This document shows, one piece after another, positions 40,309-49,508 of a DNA stretch of 53,415 nucleotides; the first letter of the stretch is position 1, and each line of letters starts with the position of its first letter. A model generated the notes under the pieces. The model saw only the letters and a list, made by a program, of their open reading frames with translations, was not told where the DNA came from and did not search any database. The DNA is taken from IMG/VR virus record IMGVR_UViG_3300031658_000010, positions 1 to 53,415 of that record, one strand, 5' to 3'. The DNA is from a virus. Lineage: Duplodnaviria > Caudoviricetes. The position numbers and the translations under genes are program-made.

Positions 40309-40337
40309 ATTATATTGCAACTAGTGGAGTTTGTTTC
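40309..40337 (-). promoter_or_regulatory. Putative antisense class-2 promoter GAAACAA-N16-TATAAT
   Basis: Reverse complement reads gaaacaa actccactagttgcaa tataat; it points into the 3' end of the RuvC-like gene. Confidence 0.5.
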
Positions 40338-40366
40338 AGCTTTACACTAATTAAATTTAAAATAAT

Positions 40367-40651
40367 ATGTTAAAACCTCTAGGGAATAGAATATTTTTAA
40401 AAAAGGACGAACAACCAGATAGAAAAGGTAGTATACTTTTAGTCAAACAAGACGGTATGTATGCTCCGCCATATTCAGGAATGATCATTGGTGTTGGTGA
40501 TGGTGTAGAAGATGCAGAATATCAAATTGGTATAAAGGTTCTTTTTCATGATTTAGCAGGTACTGAATTTAAATATGATGGCAATACTGTATTTAGTTTA
40601 CGAGAAAACGATATAACTGCAATAATAGATAAAAATATTCATGTAGTCTGA
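40367..40651 (+). CDS. groES: Co-chaperonin GroES (Cpn10)
   Basis: MLKPLGNRIFL...GSILL...GMIIGVGDG...KVLF...GTEFKYDG...LRENDITAI. Confidence 0.9.
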   Translation: MLKPLGNRIFLKKDEQPDRKGSILLVKQDGMYAPPYSGMIIGVGDGVEDAEYQIGIKVLFHDLAGTEFKYDGNTVFSLRENDITAIIDKNIHVV

Positions 40652-40678
40652 AACAAACTGACTTAGTGAATATATAAT
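40651..40678 (+). promoter_or_regulatory. Overlapping putative promoters upstream of the SSB: AAACAA-N16-TATAAT and AATATATAA (40669-40677)
   Basis: Both motifs are present about 150 nt upstream of ATG 40827. Confidence 0.55.
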
Positions 40679-40826
40679 AAACAAAGGAATCAATAATTAA
40701 ATGGTTACTTTTTAAACAGGCGATAACACGGCAAAGTAAATAGGCAAATTAAATAATAGTTTAGGCACAGAGCTTTGTTATCAATTATAAACAATTAATA
40801 ATAATAACAAAAAAAAGGCAATTAAC

Positions 40827-41753
40827 ATGGCAAACGAATTCGACATTTTTAATGTAAGTGTAAAAGATTTAGACACTGGTGAAAGACCTTCCACAGGAGG
40901 AAGCGATTTATACACACCTAAACCAGATCAAGGACAAGACGGTATCTACCGATCTTTAATTAGGTTTCTACCTAATGCAAAAAACCCAAGAAAACCATTC
41001 GAACGTAAATATGTCTACTGGCTAGAAGACAGAGAAGGAAACGGCTTTTATGCTGATTCCCCTTCAACAGTTGGAGAAAAATGTCCAGTACAGGATATGT
41101 TCTTTAAACTAAGAAACTCTGAATCTGCAGTAGATAAAAAGATGTCAGAAGGTTTAAAGCGTAGAGAAGTATTCTATGCATTGGTACAAATCGTAAAAGA
41201 TCCACAAAATAGAGACTTAGAAGGACAAGTTAAAATTATGAAATTCGGTTATAAAATCAAAACTAAAATTGATGAAGAACTGAATCCACAATTCGACGAG
41301 CCAACTCAAGTGTTTGATCCATTCGAAGGAAAAAACTTTGAATTAGTAATTTCTAAGAAGGGTGGTTTTCCAAATTATGACTCAAGTAAATTCCATGGAA
41401 ATAAATCTCCAATGACAATCGGCGGTGAACCGGTTACTAATGATGATGCAAGCCGTAAAGCAATTTTAGAATTGTTAGGTACAGCACCAGATTTAAATGG
41501 TTGGGGTTACAAGGCATGGGATGATACTGTTAGAGGAAAGGTAATGGGAGTATTATCTCAGTTCCATTCTCCAGGTGATTCAATACAAAACATCACAAGA
41601 TCAAAACCAGCACCGGTTAATACAAAGGTAACTGAAGCCGCTGCAACTAAAGTAACGACTGAAACAAAAACTGAAACTCAAGCTGCTCCAACATCGGGCG
41701 GTACTGAGAAAAAAGAAGATTTTGATGAATTCATTAATGGGTTAGATCTTTAA
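40827..41753 (+). CDS. Single-stranded DNA-binding protein (T4 gp32-like)
   Basis: LIRFLP, STVGEKCPV, GQVKIMKFGYKI, FDPFEGKNF, NYDSSKF; acidic C-terminal tail EDFDEFINGLDL. Confidence 0.9.
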   Translation: MANEFDIFNVSVKDLDTGERPSTGGSDLYTPKPDQGQDGIYRSLIRFLPNAKNPRKPFERKYVYWLEDREGNGFYADSPSTVGEKCPVQDMFFKLRNSESAVDKKMSEGLKRREVFYALVQIVKDPQNRDLEGQVKIMKFGYKIKTKIDEELNPQFDEPTQVFDPFEGKNFELVISKKGGFPNYDSSKFHGNKSPMTIGGEPVTNDDASRKAILELLGTAPDLNGWGYKAWDDTVRGKVMGVLSQFHSPGDSIQNITRSKPAPVNTKVTEAAATKVTTETKTETQAAPTSGGTEKKEDFDEFINGLDL

Positions 41754-41758
41754 TAAAT

Positions 41759-42835
41759 ATGGCAGCAGAAGTAATAATATCTTCTGAAATGAAAGCTCGG
41801 ATCATCGACAAGGTGGTCCGAGTTCTTCATAATAACCACTCCCATCCGGAGAAAAGAAGAATTTTAGAAAGTAAAGGAAGACTAAATATGGCATGCCCAT
41901 ATTGTGGAGATTCAACATCAACACCTAGGAAAAAACGAGGTAACTTATATTGGAACGATTTATACTTCCATTGTTATAACTGCTCCGCACATTCCTCTCT
42001 AGATGTTTTCTTAGCAGACCATCATGAAAACTTTGAAGGTGATGATAGGATTGATGTAATAAATTATATAAAGGAAAACCGAAAACATTTCTCATTAGGT
42101 GAAAGTTTAGATTTCCATCTATTTGATAAAATTAAATCTATAGCATTAACTTTTGATGAAGTAGCTTTAGGATTTAATGTATATCCAATTAATAGTTTAA
42201 CGTATCAGGCATATCCTTATTTGAAGAGTAGGTTACTCCATCATAAAACTGAAAGGTTTGCATTTGATCCACGACGTAGAGAACTATATGTTTTTAATTT
42301 AACACCAACTGGTAATATTGTAGGGTTTCAAACAAGAGCATTAGGTGCTGATAATGTTGGCCCTAAATATAAGACTTGGAACATCGAAAGGATATATGAT
42401 AGATTAAAAAGACCACTAGAAGTAGATGAAGAAGAGTTAGACAACTTAAATAAAATATCAATGTTATTCGGTATTTTAAATGTAGATATGTCTAGAGATT
42501 TTTCTATCTTTGAAGGTCCAATCGATGCAATGTTTATGAATAACTCAATCGGTTTAACTGGAGTTAAGAAGCAGATAATTGAATTTAACGAAATACCTAC
42601 AGCAAGATATTTCTTTGATAACGATATGGAGGGTAAAACTCGAATGATAGAGAAATTAAAAGGTGGTCAAACTGTATTTATGTGGGAAAAGTTTTTAAAG
42701 GACTTTGATATCCCAAAAAGAAAAGTAAAAGATTTAAATGATCTAGTGAAATATGAATTTGCTAATCGAACCGGTTGTTTAGGTGACCTAGATAAATATT
42801 TTACAAATAACTCATTAGATATTATTTTTATATAA
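41759..42835 (+). CDS. DNA primase (T4 gp61-like)
   Basis: Zn finger CPYCGDS...FHCYNC; GFQTR; TOPRIM EGPIDAMF, FDND, KDLND. Confidence 0.9.
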   Translation: MAAEVIISSEMKARIIDKVVRVLHNNHSHPEKRRILESKGRLNMACPYCGDSTSTPRKKRGNLYWNDLYFHCYNCSAHSSLDVFLADHHENFEGDDRIDVINYIKENRKHFSLGESLDFHLFDKIKSIALTFDEVALGFNVYPINSLTYQAYPYLKSRLLHHKTERFAFDPRRRELYVFNLTPTGNIVGFQTRALGADNVGPKYKTWNIERIYDRLKRPLEVDEEELDNLNKISMLFGILNVDMSRDFSIFEGPIDAMFMNNSIGLTGVKKQIIEFNEIPTARYFFDNDMEGKTRMIEKLKGGQTVFMWEKFLKDFDIPKRKVKDLNDLVKYEFANRTGCLGDLDKYFTNNSLDIIFI

Positions 42836-43053
42836 TGAGTATACAAAAATATAATAATTTCGTGAGCGAAGAACTAGATGATTTTTATAAAGATGCAGAA
42901 GAGGATGGTAAAAAACTTAGGTTATTTTCTAAATTTAGTAAATCAGTATTAGGAGAAGTTAAAACTAAGTTCTCAATACCTGAACCTAAAAAGAAGTTTC
43001 AACCCAAAGTAAAGAGCTACAAGAAGATTAATAATGATAAAGGTATATTCTAA
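42835..43053 (+). CDS. Small hypothetical protein with capsid-targeting-like N-terminus
   Basis: MSIQKYNNFVSEE; coupled to both neighbours. Confidence 0.5.
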   Translation: MSIQKYNNFVSEELDDFYKDAEEDGKKLRLFSKFSKSVLGEVKTKFSIPEPKKKFQPKVKSYKKINNDKGIF

Positions 43054-43502
43054 TGGAGTACAATGATACATCAACAGGTGAGGCTAATGAGGTTCTAGCA
43101 ACTAGATTAGCTACTGACCGATCTAACTGGAAAGAAAAGATAACTAACCTTGTTGGTTTGTTAAAAGAAATGAGCAACTTGGCTGAATGTCAAGTACTTA
43201 TGTTATCTTACAGGCAAATCTTGTTAGATAAAATTACAGATTTTAAAACGACTAAACATAAAAGGCAAGCAGCATATGATCGCTATTATAAAATTAAATA
43301 TCGGGAGTATTCATTAGAATATGATATTAAATTAACAAGCGGCGAAAAGGTTGCTTTCATCAAAGCTGATTTGAGTCATTTAAGAACTCAGATGGAAATG
43401 CTACAATCCCACATGGACTATTACCAAGAATGTATAAAGACTTGCGATAATCTAGCATTCGCTATTCGTAACAGAATAAACCTGGACGATAAAGAATATT
43501 AA
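43053..43502 (+). CDS. uvsY: Recombination mediator UvsY-like
   Basis: Helical 149 aa; FIKADL...DNLAFAIRNRI C-terminal motif; directly upstream of UvsW. Confidence 0.7.
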   Translation: MEYNDTSTGEANEVLATRLATDRSNWKEKITNLVGLLKEMSNLAECQVLMLSYRQILLDKITDFKTTKHKRQAAYDRYYKIKYREYSLEYDIKLTSGEKVAFIKADLSHLRTQMEMLQSHMDYYQECIKTCDNLAFAIRNRINLDDKEY

Positions 43503-43505
43503 TTA

Positions 43506-45011
43506 ATGGAACTATCCCTATCAGAAAATAAAAAGTTTTTGGTCATCGATGCATGTACTGAATTAGAGTACGAGCAGTTGAAGAGCAGTTTAACTAAAAA
43601 GATTGAAGGGTGGAGATTTCATCCTTTAGTTAAAAAGAAAGTATGGGACGGTAACGTCTCCTTTGTAAAAAGAAATAAAATACCAGCTGGTTTATGGAAA
43701 GAGATATTAGATATCTGTAAAGATTATGATTTCCAATGTTCTTTAAATGGTATCACTGATATTTTTGATACTGACATCAACGAAGAATCATTTAGGTTAT
43801 GGGTAACAAGTATTTTTGAAAAACACCCTAATTTCAAACCTAGAGAATATCAAATAGATGCAGCATTTAAAATATTAAAATATAGAAGGTGTTTAGCTGA
43901 GCTTGCAACATCTGCAGGTAAAACTCTAATATCCTTTATGGTAGTTGCATATATGATGGATAAGTTAGGAAAGAAAAAAATCTTAATGATTGTTCCTAAT
44001 GTAAATTTAGTATTACAAGCTACTGGTGATTTCGATGAATATAACAGGTGTGGCGTTCCATTAAAGACTCAGCAAGTATATGCAGGTGCAGAGATTAGAA
44101 AAAGTTCTAACTTAGTAATAGGTACATACCAATCGCTAGTTAAAAAAGATGAGGAATACTTTAGTCAATTTGATGCTGTGTTTGTCGATGAAACTCATAA
44201 AGCAAAAGCTGCATCTATTCAAAAGATAATGGATAAATGTTGGCACTGTGATTTTAGGTTTGGTTTAAGTGGAACAATACCTAAGAAAGGAACTGTTAAT
44301 AGACTAAGCTTAATGTCGGCAATGGGACCTTTGGTTACTCAAGTAAAGGCAAGCCAATTACAACAGCAAGGATTTATTGCTTCATGTAAAGTTATGCAGC
44401 TCCACATGGATTATGCAACTGATGCTCAGAAAGAATCATTCTCGTTTCTTTCAAAGAACCCACAAGATAGACAGAAATTATTTGGATTAGAACAAAACTT
44501 TATTAATCAAAGTGAAAAAAGATTAGATTTTGTTTGCCAAGTAATTAAAAAATCAACATCAAATTCATTAGTACTATTTCATAAAATAGCATACGGCGAA
44601 AAGGTGTATCAAAAACTAAGACAAATAACTGACAAGAAAGTTTACTATGTAGATGGTTCAGTTAATGTAGATATAAGAGAAGAGTTTAAAGCCAGGATGG
44701 AAAAAAACGATGATGTTATTATTGTAGCATCATATGGAACATTCTCAACCGGTATATCTATAAAAAATATACATAACATATTCTTCACTGAAAGTTTTAA
44801 ATCAGAAGTGATCATTAGACAAAGTATAGGTAGGGGATTAAGAAAACATGAATCAAAGGATGTAGTGAAAATCTATGACTTTATTGATGATTTTAGATAT
44901 AAAGCCGAGGAACATGACTGGGTTAATTACGTTTATAGACATGGTATTGCTAGGCGAACAATATATAAAGAAGAAAAGTTTCCGTTTGATGTACAAAACA
45001 TCAGATTCTAA
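43506..45011 (+). CDS. uvsW: SF2 DNA helicase UvsW
   Basis: WDG, PREYQ, ATSAGKT, DETH, GLSGT, ASYGTFSTGISI, QSIGRGLR. Confidence 0.92.
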   Translation: MELSLSENKKFLVIDACTELEYEQLKSSLTKKIEGWRFHPLVKKKVWDGNVSFVKRNKIPAGLWKEILDICKDYDFQCSLNGITDIFDTDINEESFRLWVTSIFEKHPNFKPREYQIDAAFKILKYRRCLAELATSAGKTLISFMVVAYMMDKLGKKKILMIVPNVNLVLQATGDFDEYNRCGVPLKTQQVYAGAEIRKSSNLVIGTYQSLVKKDEEYFSQFDAVFVDETHKAKAASIQKIMDKCWHCDFRFGLSGTIPKKGTVNRLSLMSAMGPLVTQVKASQLQQQGFIASCKVMQLHMDYATDAQKESFSFLSKNPQDRQKLFGLEQNFINQSEKRLDFVCQVIKKSTSNSLVLFHKIAYGEKVYQKLRQITDKKVYYVDGSVNVDIREEFKARMEKNDDVIIVASYGTFSTGISIKNIHNIFFTESFKSEVIIRQSIGRGLRKHESKDVVKIYDFIDDFRYKAEEHDWVNYVYRHGIARRTIYKEEKFPFDVQNIRF

Positions 45012-45038
45012 TATAGAATATCTTTTAAGTAAGACATG

Positions 45039-45047
45039 GATATATAA
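45039..45047 (+). promoter_or_regulatory. Putative late promoter variant GATATATAA
   Basis: Starts 28 nt upstream of ATG 45067. Confidence 0.55.
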
Positions 45048-45066
45048 AAAAAATAAAACAACTAAC

Positions 45067-46818
45067 ATGAAATCAGTCAAAAAGTTTTCTGCAATGTCTG
45101 CTAAGGATCAACCGATCACAGAATCTGCAAAAGTAAGCCAAGAAGCTGTCGAAGAATTGATCAAAAAGATTGGTTTTAACAGTATAGATGAATTAAAGAA
45201 AGAGAAAGATCTTCTTTCTAAACTAGAAGCACTATCCAAAAGCTTTGCTAATAAAGATGATATATCTGAAGAAGAGATCGAAGAAGATCGTACAGAAGAT
45301 ATTGAAGATGAAGTAAATGCAAAAGGTAAACCTAAATCTGCTGAAGGCGAAGGTGATGCTAAACAGGGCGATGAAGAAGTCGTAGCTGCTGAAGAGGTAG
45401 AAGAAGTAGAGGAAGATGCTACTGAAGAAGAAATAGTATCTGACGAAGAAGCTGTTCCTGCTGAAGAAGAAGTAGAAGATGAAACTGAAGTAGAAGTACC
45501 AGTCGCAGATGAAGAAGTTGAAACACCTAAAGCTACAAAAAGAATTATGGCTTTTGAAGATTTCATTAAAGAAAAAGAAGAAACTATTAATAAGAACGTT
45601 AATTATCGTGATGATAATGAAGAAGAAGAAGACTATGCTGTTCCTGTTGCTGCTTCTGCTGATCCCCTTTCAGAGTCCGATGAGTCAAAAGGAAAGGACG
45701 ATGAAAAAGATGGTGATGAGTTAGAAGACAAAGGAGATAAGAAAGTTGATTCTGAGGATGATAAAGAAAAAGCAGACCATTATAAAGGAGCTGTTAAATC
45801 TGATGATGCTCAAATCAAATCTTTAAAGAAAGATGCTAAGTTTGATAAAGAGGAAGAGGAAGATGCTGAAAAGAATGAATCTGCTATTATGTCTTTTTCT
45901 AATTTTGTAAATGAAGCCTATGACAAAGTTGTTTGGGGTGGAAATAAAGGTGATGATTCTGAGTCTGAAGAAGATGAAGAAGATTATGAAGATGATGATA
46001 AAACTGATGAAGGTTTTGATGAAGTAACACTTGGTGGAAATAAAGGTGATAAATCTAAAACCAAAAAAGGTGAAGAAGATTATGAAGATGAGGTTGATGA
46101 AGATCGCGCCGAGGATATCGAAGATGAAGTAAACGCAAAGGGTAAACCTAAAGCAGTTAAAGAAGCTAAACAACAAAGTAACTTATTAGATTGGTTTAAT
46201 GATTTAACTGATAAGGATCTAAAATCAAAAGGATCATTTTTGAAACTCGGTAAATCTGCTGGGTATGATAAAAAAGATTTAGAGACTATTATATCTGATT
46301 TTGAACAAGGTGATGAGAGTTATATTCAGTGGGCTAAAGACGTGCATGTTAAAGAAGGTGTTGCTGAAGTAATTGCTAAAGTTGAAAAAGCTGAAGTAAA
46401 AGATCAAGTAGCTGGAGCTGACGGTATTGCTATTCCAACAATTAAAGGTGATGGTTCAGAAACTGCAGCTGGTATTGCTGGTGATATAATGAATAAGGGT
46501 AAAGTTAAAAACTTATCTGCATTAGCTGGTAAATTAGTTACAACAGATCAAAAGGTTACTGAAGTAATTCCTGATGAGGCAAACGATGTATCTGAAGATG
46601 GCATTGAAATTCCATTAGTAAAAGAAGCTAAGATTAATGAGGAAGATATTACTTCTGATGATCAATTCAAAGAATACGCAACTGCAGTGTTGAAAAAAGC
46701 ATTCGGTGATGATTATGATGAAGCTAAAGCAACTGAAGTAATTGACGGTTTAATTTCTAAACATGATGGAGACTATGGTGCAATGGTTGGAGCTTTACAA
46801 TCTACTATGGGATCATAA
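45067..46818 (+). CDS. Highly acidic putative internal head/scaffold-like polyprotein (583 aa; start moved from 44875)
   Basis: ATG 45067 follows the promoter-like motif and avoids overlap with uvsW; E/D-rich; internal repeats; internal IMAFEDFIKE and IMSFSNFVNE motifs. Confidence 0.65.
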   Translation: MKSVKKFSAMSAKDQPITESAKVSQEAVEELIKKIGFNSIDELKKEKDLLSKLEALSKSFANKDDISEEEIEEDRTEDIEDEVNAKGKPKSAEGEGDAKQGDEEVVAAEEVEEVEEDATEEEIVSDEEAVPAEEEVEDETEVEVPVADEEVETPKATKRIMAFEDFIKEKEETINKNVNYRDDNEEEEDYAVPVAASADPLSESDESKGKDDEKDGDELEDKGDKKVDSEDDKEKADHYKGAVKSDDAQIKSLKKDAKFDKEEEEDAEKNESAIMSFSNFVNEAYDKVVWGGNKGDDSESEEDEEDYEDDDKTDEGFDEVTLGGNKGDKSKTKKGEEDYEDEVDEDRAEDIEDEVNAKGKPKAVKEAKQQSNLLDWFNDLTDKDLKSKGSFLKLGKSAGYDKKDLETIISDFEQGDESYIQWAKDVHVKEGVAEVIAKVEKAEVKDQVAGADGIAIPTIKGDGSETAAGIAGDIMNKGKVKNLSALAGKLVTTDQKVTEVIPDEANDVSEDGIEIPLVKEAKINEEDITSDDQFKEYATAVLKKAFGDDYDEAKATEVIDGLISKHDGDYGAMVGALQSTMGS

Positions 46819-46836
46819 TAAAACTAAACTAAAGAT

Positions 46837-47292
46837 ATGAATAATATAAAAAAGTTTGCAGAATTTGTAAATGAATCAATTAATGAAGCCGAATTACCAT
46901 CTTGGGTTCAGAGCGGTCCTTACAACACTCTTTCTACCGTTTTACGCGATGGGGATGGTTATGATGATAATGGGAAAGAATTAACACTGGCTGATGTTAA
47001 TAAAAATTATAAACCAGCTTTAAAATATCTAGGAGTAAGATCTGTTGCTGATATGGTAATGGTTGCATCTACTAATGATGATGCAAAATTTGACCCTAAA
47101 GATAAAAAAGCTGACTTACTTGGAAATGATAATAGTATCTCCGGGCAACGTGCAACAGGAATGTGGCCAGCCCCATATACAGCAGCATATAAAGGAATGC
47201 TAGGAGATGTAAAAGTGATTATTGTTGCTGATGAAGGTGGTGAAGGTAGATATGCATATGCTGCAGGTGATTCTAAAGGAAACCTTAAATAA
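46837..47292 (+). CDS. Putative internal head protein
   Basis: MNNIKKFAEFVNESINEA N-terminus. Confidence 0.6.
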   Translation: MNNIKKFAEFVNESINEAELPSWVQSGPYNTLSTVLRDGDGYDDNGKELTLADVNKNYKPALKYLGVRSVADMVMVASTNDDAKFDPKDKKADLLGNDNSISGQRATGMWPAPYTAAYKGMLGDVKVIIVADEGGEGRYAYAAGDSKGNLK

Positions 47293-47295
47293 TTT

Positions 47296-47334
47296 CTAAA
47301 GTAAAATATAAACTAAAGTAAAATATAAACTAAA
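47296..47334 (+). repeat. 17-bp tandem duplication ctaaagtaaaatataaa x2 (+ctaaa)
   Basis: Exact copies at 47296-47312 and 47313-47329. Confidence 0.9.
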
Positions 47335-48605
47335 TGAAACATATAAAACTGTTTGAACAATGGCTGACTGACAAAAGTCAGCCATTGTTGTTAGAAGGTG
47401 GAGCTGCTGGTCATATGAAGCATCCATTTGATAATAAGAACTTAACATTTAGAGACTTTAAAAATCTCATTAATTCTGGTTTAAGTGGTGAATTGAATTT
47501 CGAGGAAGCACCTACAGAAAAAACAGATGGCCAAAACTTATTTGCTACAATACAAGACGGTGAAGTTAAATTCGCAAGAAATCAAGGTGAAATGAGATCA
47601 CCTTTAGATTTACAAGGAATTAATCAAAAGTTTGACGGTCATGCTAGTAAATTAGTGCAGGATACTTTTCAGTTTGCCGCCGCTGATTTAGCAAACTTAT
47701 TAATAAAGCTTCCAGTTAAAACACAGGATGAAGTATTTGATAATGGTAAGAACTTCATGAATATGGAATTAATATACTCAAAGAATCCTAATGTTATCCA
47801 TTATGATATTGATGTTATACAATTTCATGGTATTAAAAAGACAGACGGTGATGGTAAAATTATTGGAGATGATCCATCTGCTGCTAAAAAAATAGCCGGA
47901 GTTCTTAAGAAGCTTAAATCGGATATCGGTAAAACTTTTACGATAATCCCTCCAAAGGTTCTAGCATTAAGAAAGGATATTAACTTTGATGAAAATGTAG
48001 CTAAATTTATTAAAAAGGTTGAAGACTTGAAGAATGTATATAATTTATCAGACGACGATGAGGTTTCAAAATATCACGAAATGTGGTGGAGAGATCAAAT
48101 CGAAGCAAACTTCCCTGAACTATCACAACAGCAAAAAGAAGGTTTATTATTAAGATGGGCATATGCTGATAAAAAGACACTTAATCTAAGATCTCTTGAT
48201 AAAGATCTAGGTAAAGAAAAGGCAGCAATCATTAAGAAGTTTGATAAAGAAGATGTTAAAAAGAAACAAAAAGAAAACATTAGACCGTTTGAAGATCTGT
48301 TCTTAGAGTTAGGGAGTGTTATATTAAAGAATGCAAGTAACTTCGTAGCAGCTAATCCTACTAAAGAAATGCAAAGACTTCACAAGCAAATCAAAGCAGC
48401 AGCAGAAGGTATTAAAAAGAGTGGTAGTTTAGACCAGATTGAAAAGGTAACTAAAGAACTTGAAAGATTAGATAGGATTGGTGGAGTAGAATCAATCATA
48501 CCAACAGAAGGTCTTGTATTTAAGTACAAAGGTACTACTTATAAATTAACTGGAACTTTTGCTGCAATTAATCAGTTGATGGGTATTATGAGGTACGGTA
48601 GATAG
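47334..48605 (+). CDS. RNA-ligase-fold (covalent) nucleotidyltransferase-like protein with capsid-targeting-like leader
   Basis: TEKTDG (motif I), NMELI (III), QFHG (IIIa), EGLVFK (IV), YKLTG (V); leader MKHIKLFEQWL...LLLE-GGAAGHMKHP. Confidence 0.65.
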   Translation: MKHIKLFEQWLTDKSQPLLLEGGAAGHMKHPFDNKNLTFRDFKNLINSGLSGELNFEEAPTEKTDGQNLFATIQDGEVKFARNQGEMRSPLDLQGINQKFDGHASKLVQDTFQFAAADLANLLIKLPVKTQDEVFDNGKNFMNMELIYSKNPNVIHYDIDVIQFHGIKKTDGDGKIIGDDPSAAKKIAGVLKKLKSDIGKTFTIIPPKVLALRKDINFDENVAKFIKKVEDLKNVYNLSDDDEVSKYHEMWWRDQIEANFPELSQQQKEGLLLRWAYADKKTLNLRSLDKDLGKEKAAIIKKFDKEDVKKKQKENIRPFEDLFLELGSVILKNASNFVAANPTKEMQRLHKQIKAAAEGIKKSGSLDQIEKVTKELERLDRIGGVESIIPTEGLVFKYKGTTYKLTGTFAAINQLMGIMRYGR

Positions 48606-48705
48606 TTTTAAGATTGTTAATAACTTTCCAAAACAAAACAAGAGTTTATAGTACGAAACTAAACAAAATTGATTATATTTATAATATAATAAAAATACAA
48701 AAGAT

Positions 48706-49065
48706 ATGAAACATATGCATAGCTACGATTCTCTAAATGAATCAAACGAATTGGAAACAATCAAAAAACAAGTTTTGGATTTTGCTGAAAAGAAAGGTAA
48801 ATCTAAATGGGGAGACTTGCAGAAATTTATTTTAACTTTAAAAGGTTTAGATCCAGATGACAGAGATAATCGTGGTCAGTTTTCATCTTATTTTTCAGGC
48901 GGTTCTTCATGGAGAAAAAACACAATGAAACAAGGTGATCATGGTAGAAATGCAAATTCTGCTGGATTATTAATGAGACCGACTAAAAAAGATCCTAGGT
49001 ACTTAGAAAAAGATGGTAAAGATTATACTGTTAAAGTATGGGATGGTAAATCTAAATTAGACTAA
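48706..49065 (+). CDS. Small basic putative internal protein (possible winged-helix-like)
   Basis: MKHMHSYDSLNES leader. Confidence 0.55.
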   Translation: MKHMHSYDSLNESNELETIKKQVLDFAEKKGKSKWGDLQKFILTLKGLDPDDRDNRGQFSSYFSGGSSWRKNTMKQGDHGRNANSAGLLMRPTKKDPRYLEKDGKDYTVKVWDGKSKLD

Positions 49066-49066
49066 T

Positions 49067-49393
49067 ATGAAAAACTTTAATGAATTTATAACTGAGGCTA
49101 TTAAATACAAAGATCGAAGTGGTAAAGGCTTTAGCATCAAGGGAATTGATTTTGTTTATACTGAACAGGGTGGTAAATTTTATGGAACATCTTTATATGA
49201 TGTTGCTAAAACTGCAAATGTTAGTAAAAAATCTAAAATTAGTTTAGATGCAACTAATGAATTATTAAAGTCTATTGGTATCAAAGATGAAGTACCAAGT
49301 AGATACGAAACGGATGAACTTGATAAGATTTGTAAACAACTAAAGAAAAAGGGTATAGTATGTGACTACGGTGACCACATGGACATATCATAA
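49067..49393 (+). CDS. Small putative internal head protein
   Basis: MKNFNEFITEA is a close match to the T4 internal-protein leader. Confidence 0.6.
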   Translation: MKNFNEFITEAIKYKDRSGKGFSIKGIDFVYTEQGGKFYGTSLYDVAKTANVSKKSKISLDATNELLKSIGIKDEVPSRYETDELDKICKQLKKKGIVCDYGDHMDIS

Positions 49394-49433
49394 TGCTAAT
49401 GTAATAATATATTAAAATCACGTTAAGTGTATT

Positions 49434-49462
49434 AAAGGTGAGTTAAATGTCTCACCTTTTTT
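49434..49462 (+). terminator. Rho-independent terminator
   Basis: aaaggtgag-ttaaatgt-ctcaccttt stem-loop running into a T tract. Confidence 0.8.
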
Positions 49463-49468
49463 GTTCTT

Positions 49469-49496
49469 AAACAATCAAATATATAAAAGGTATAAC
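49469..49496 (+). promoter_or_regulatory. Nested putative promoters: AAACAA-N16-TATAAC containing AATATATAA (49478-49486)
   Basis: Immediately after the terminator and upstream of ATG 49509. Confidence 0.55.
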
Positions 49497-49508
49497 TAAA
49501 AACTAATA

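Noticed and set aside
44875-45066. Upstream start of the 647-aa ORF
   Set aside because: It overlaps the uvsW 3' end; the promoter-like motif and A-rich leader point to ATG 45067.
48613-48690. ttgttaataactt (DnaA-box-like TTATTAACA on the minus strand) and an AAACAA...TATAAT upstream of ORF 48706
   Set aside because: Single copy; spacers of 13 or 18 nt do not fit the 15-16-nt class; no clean Bacteroidota promoter consensus.
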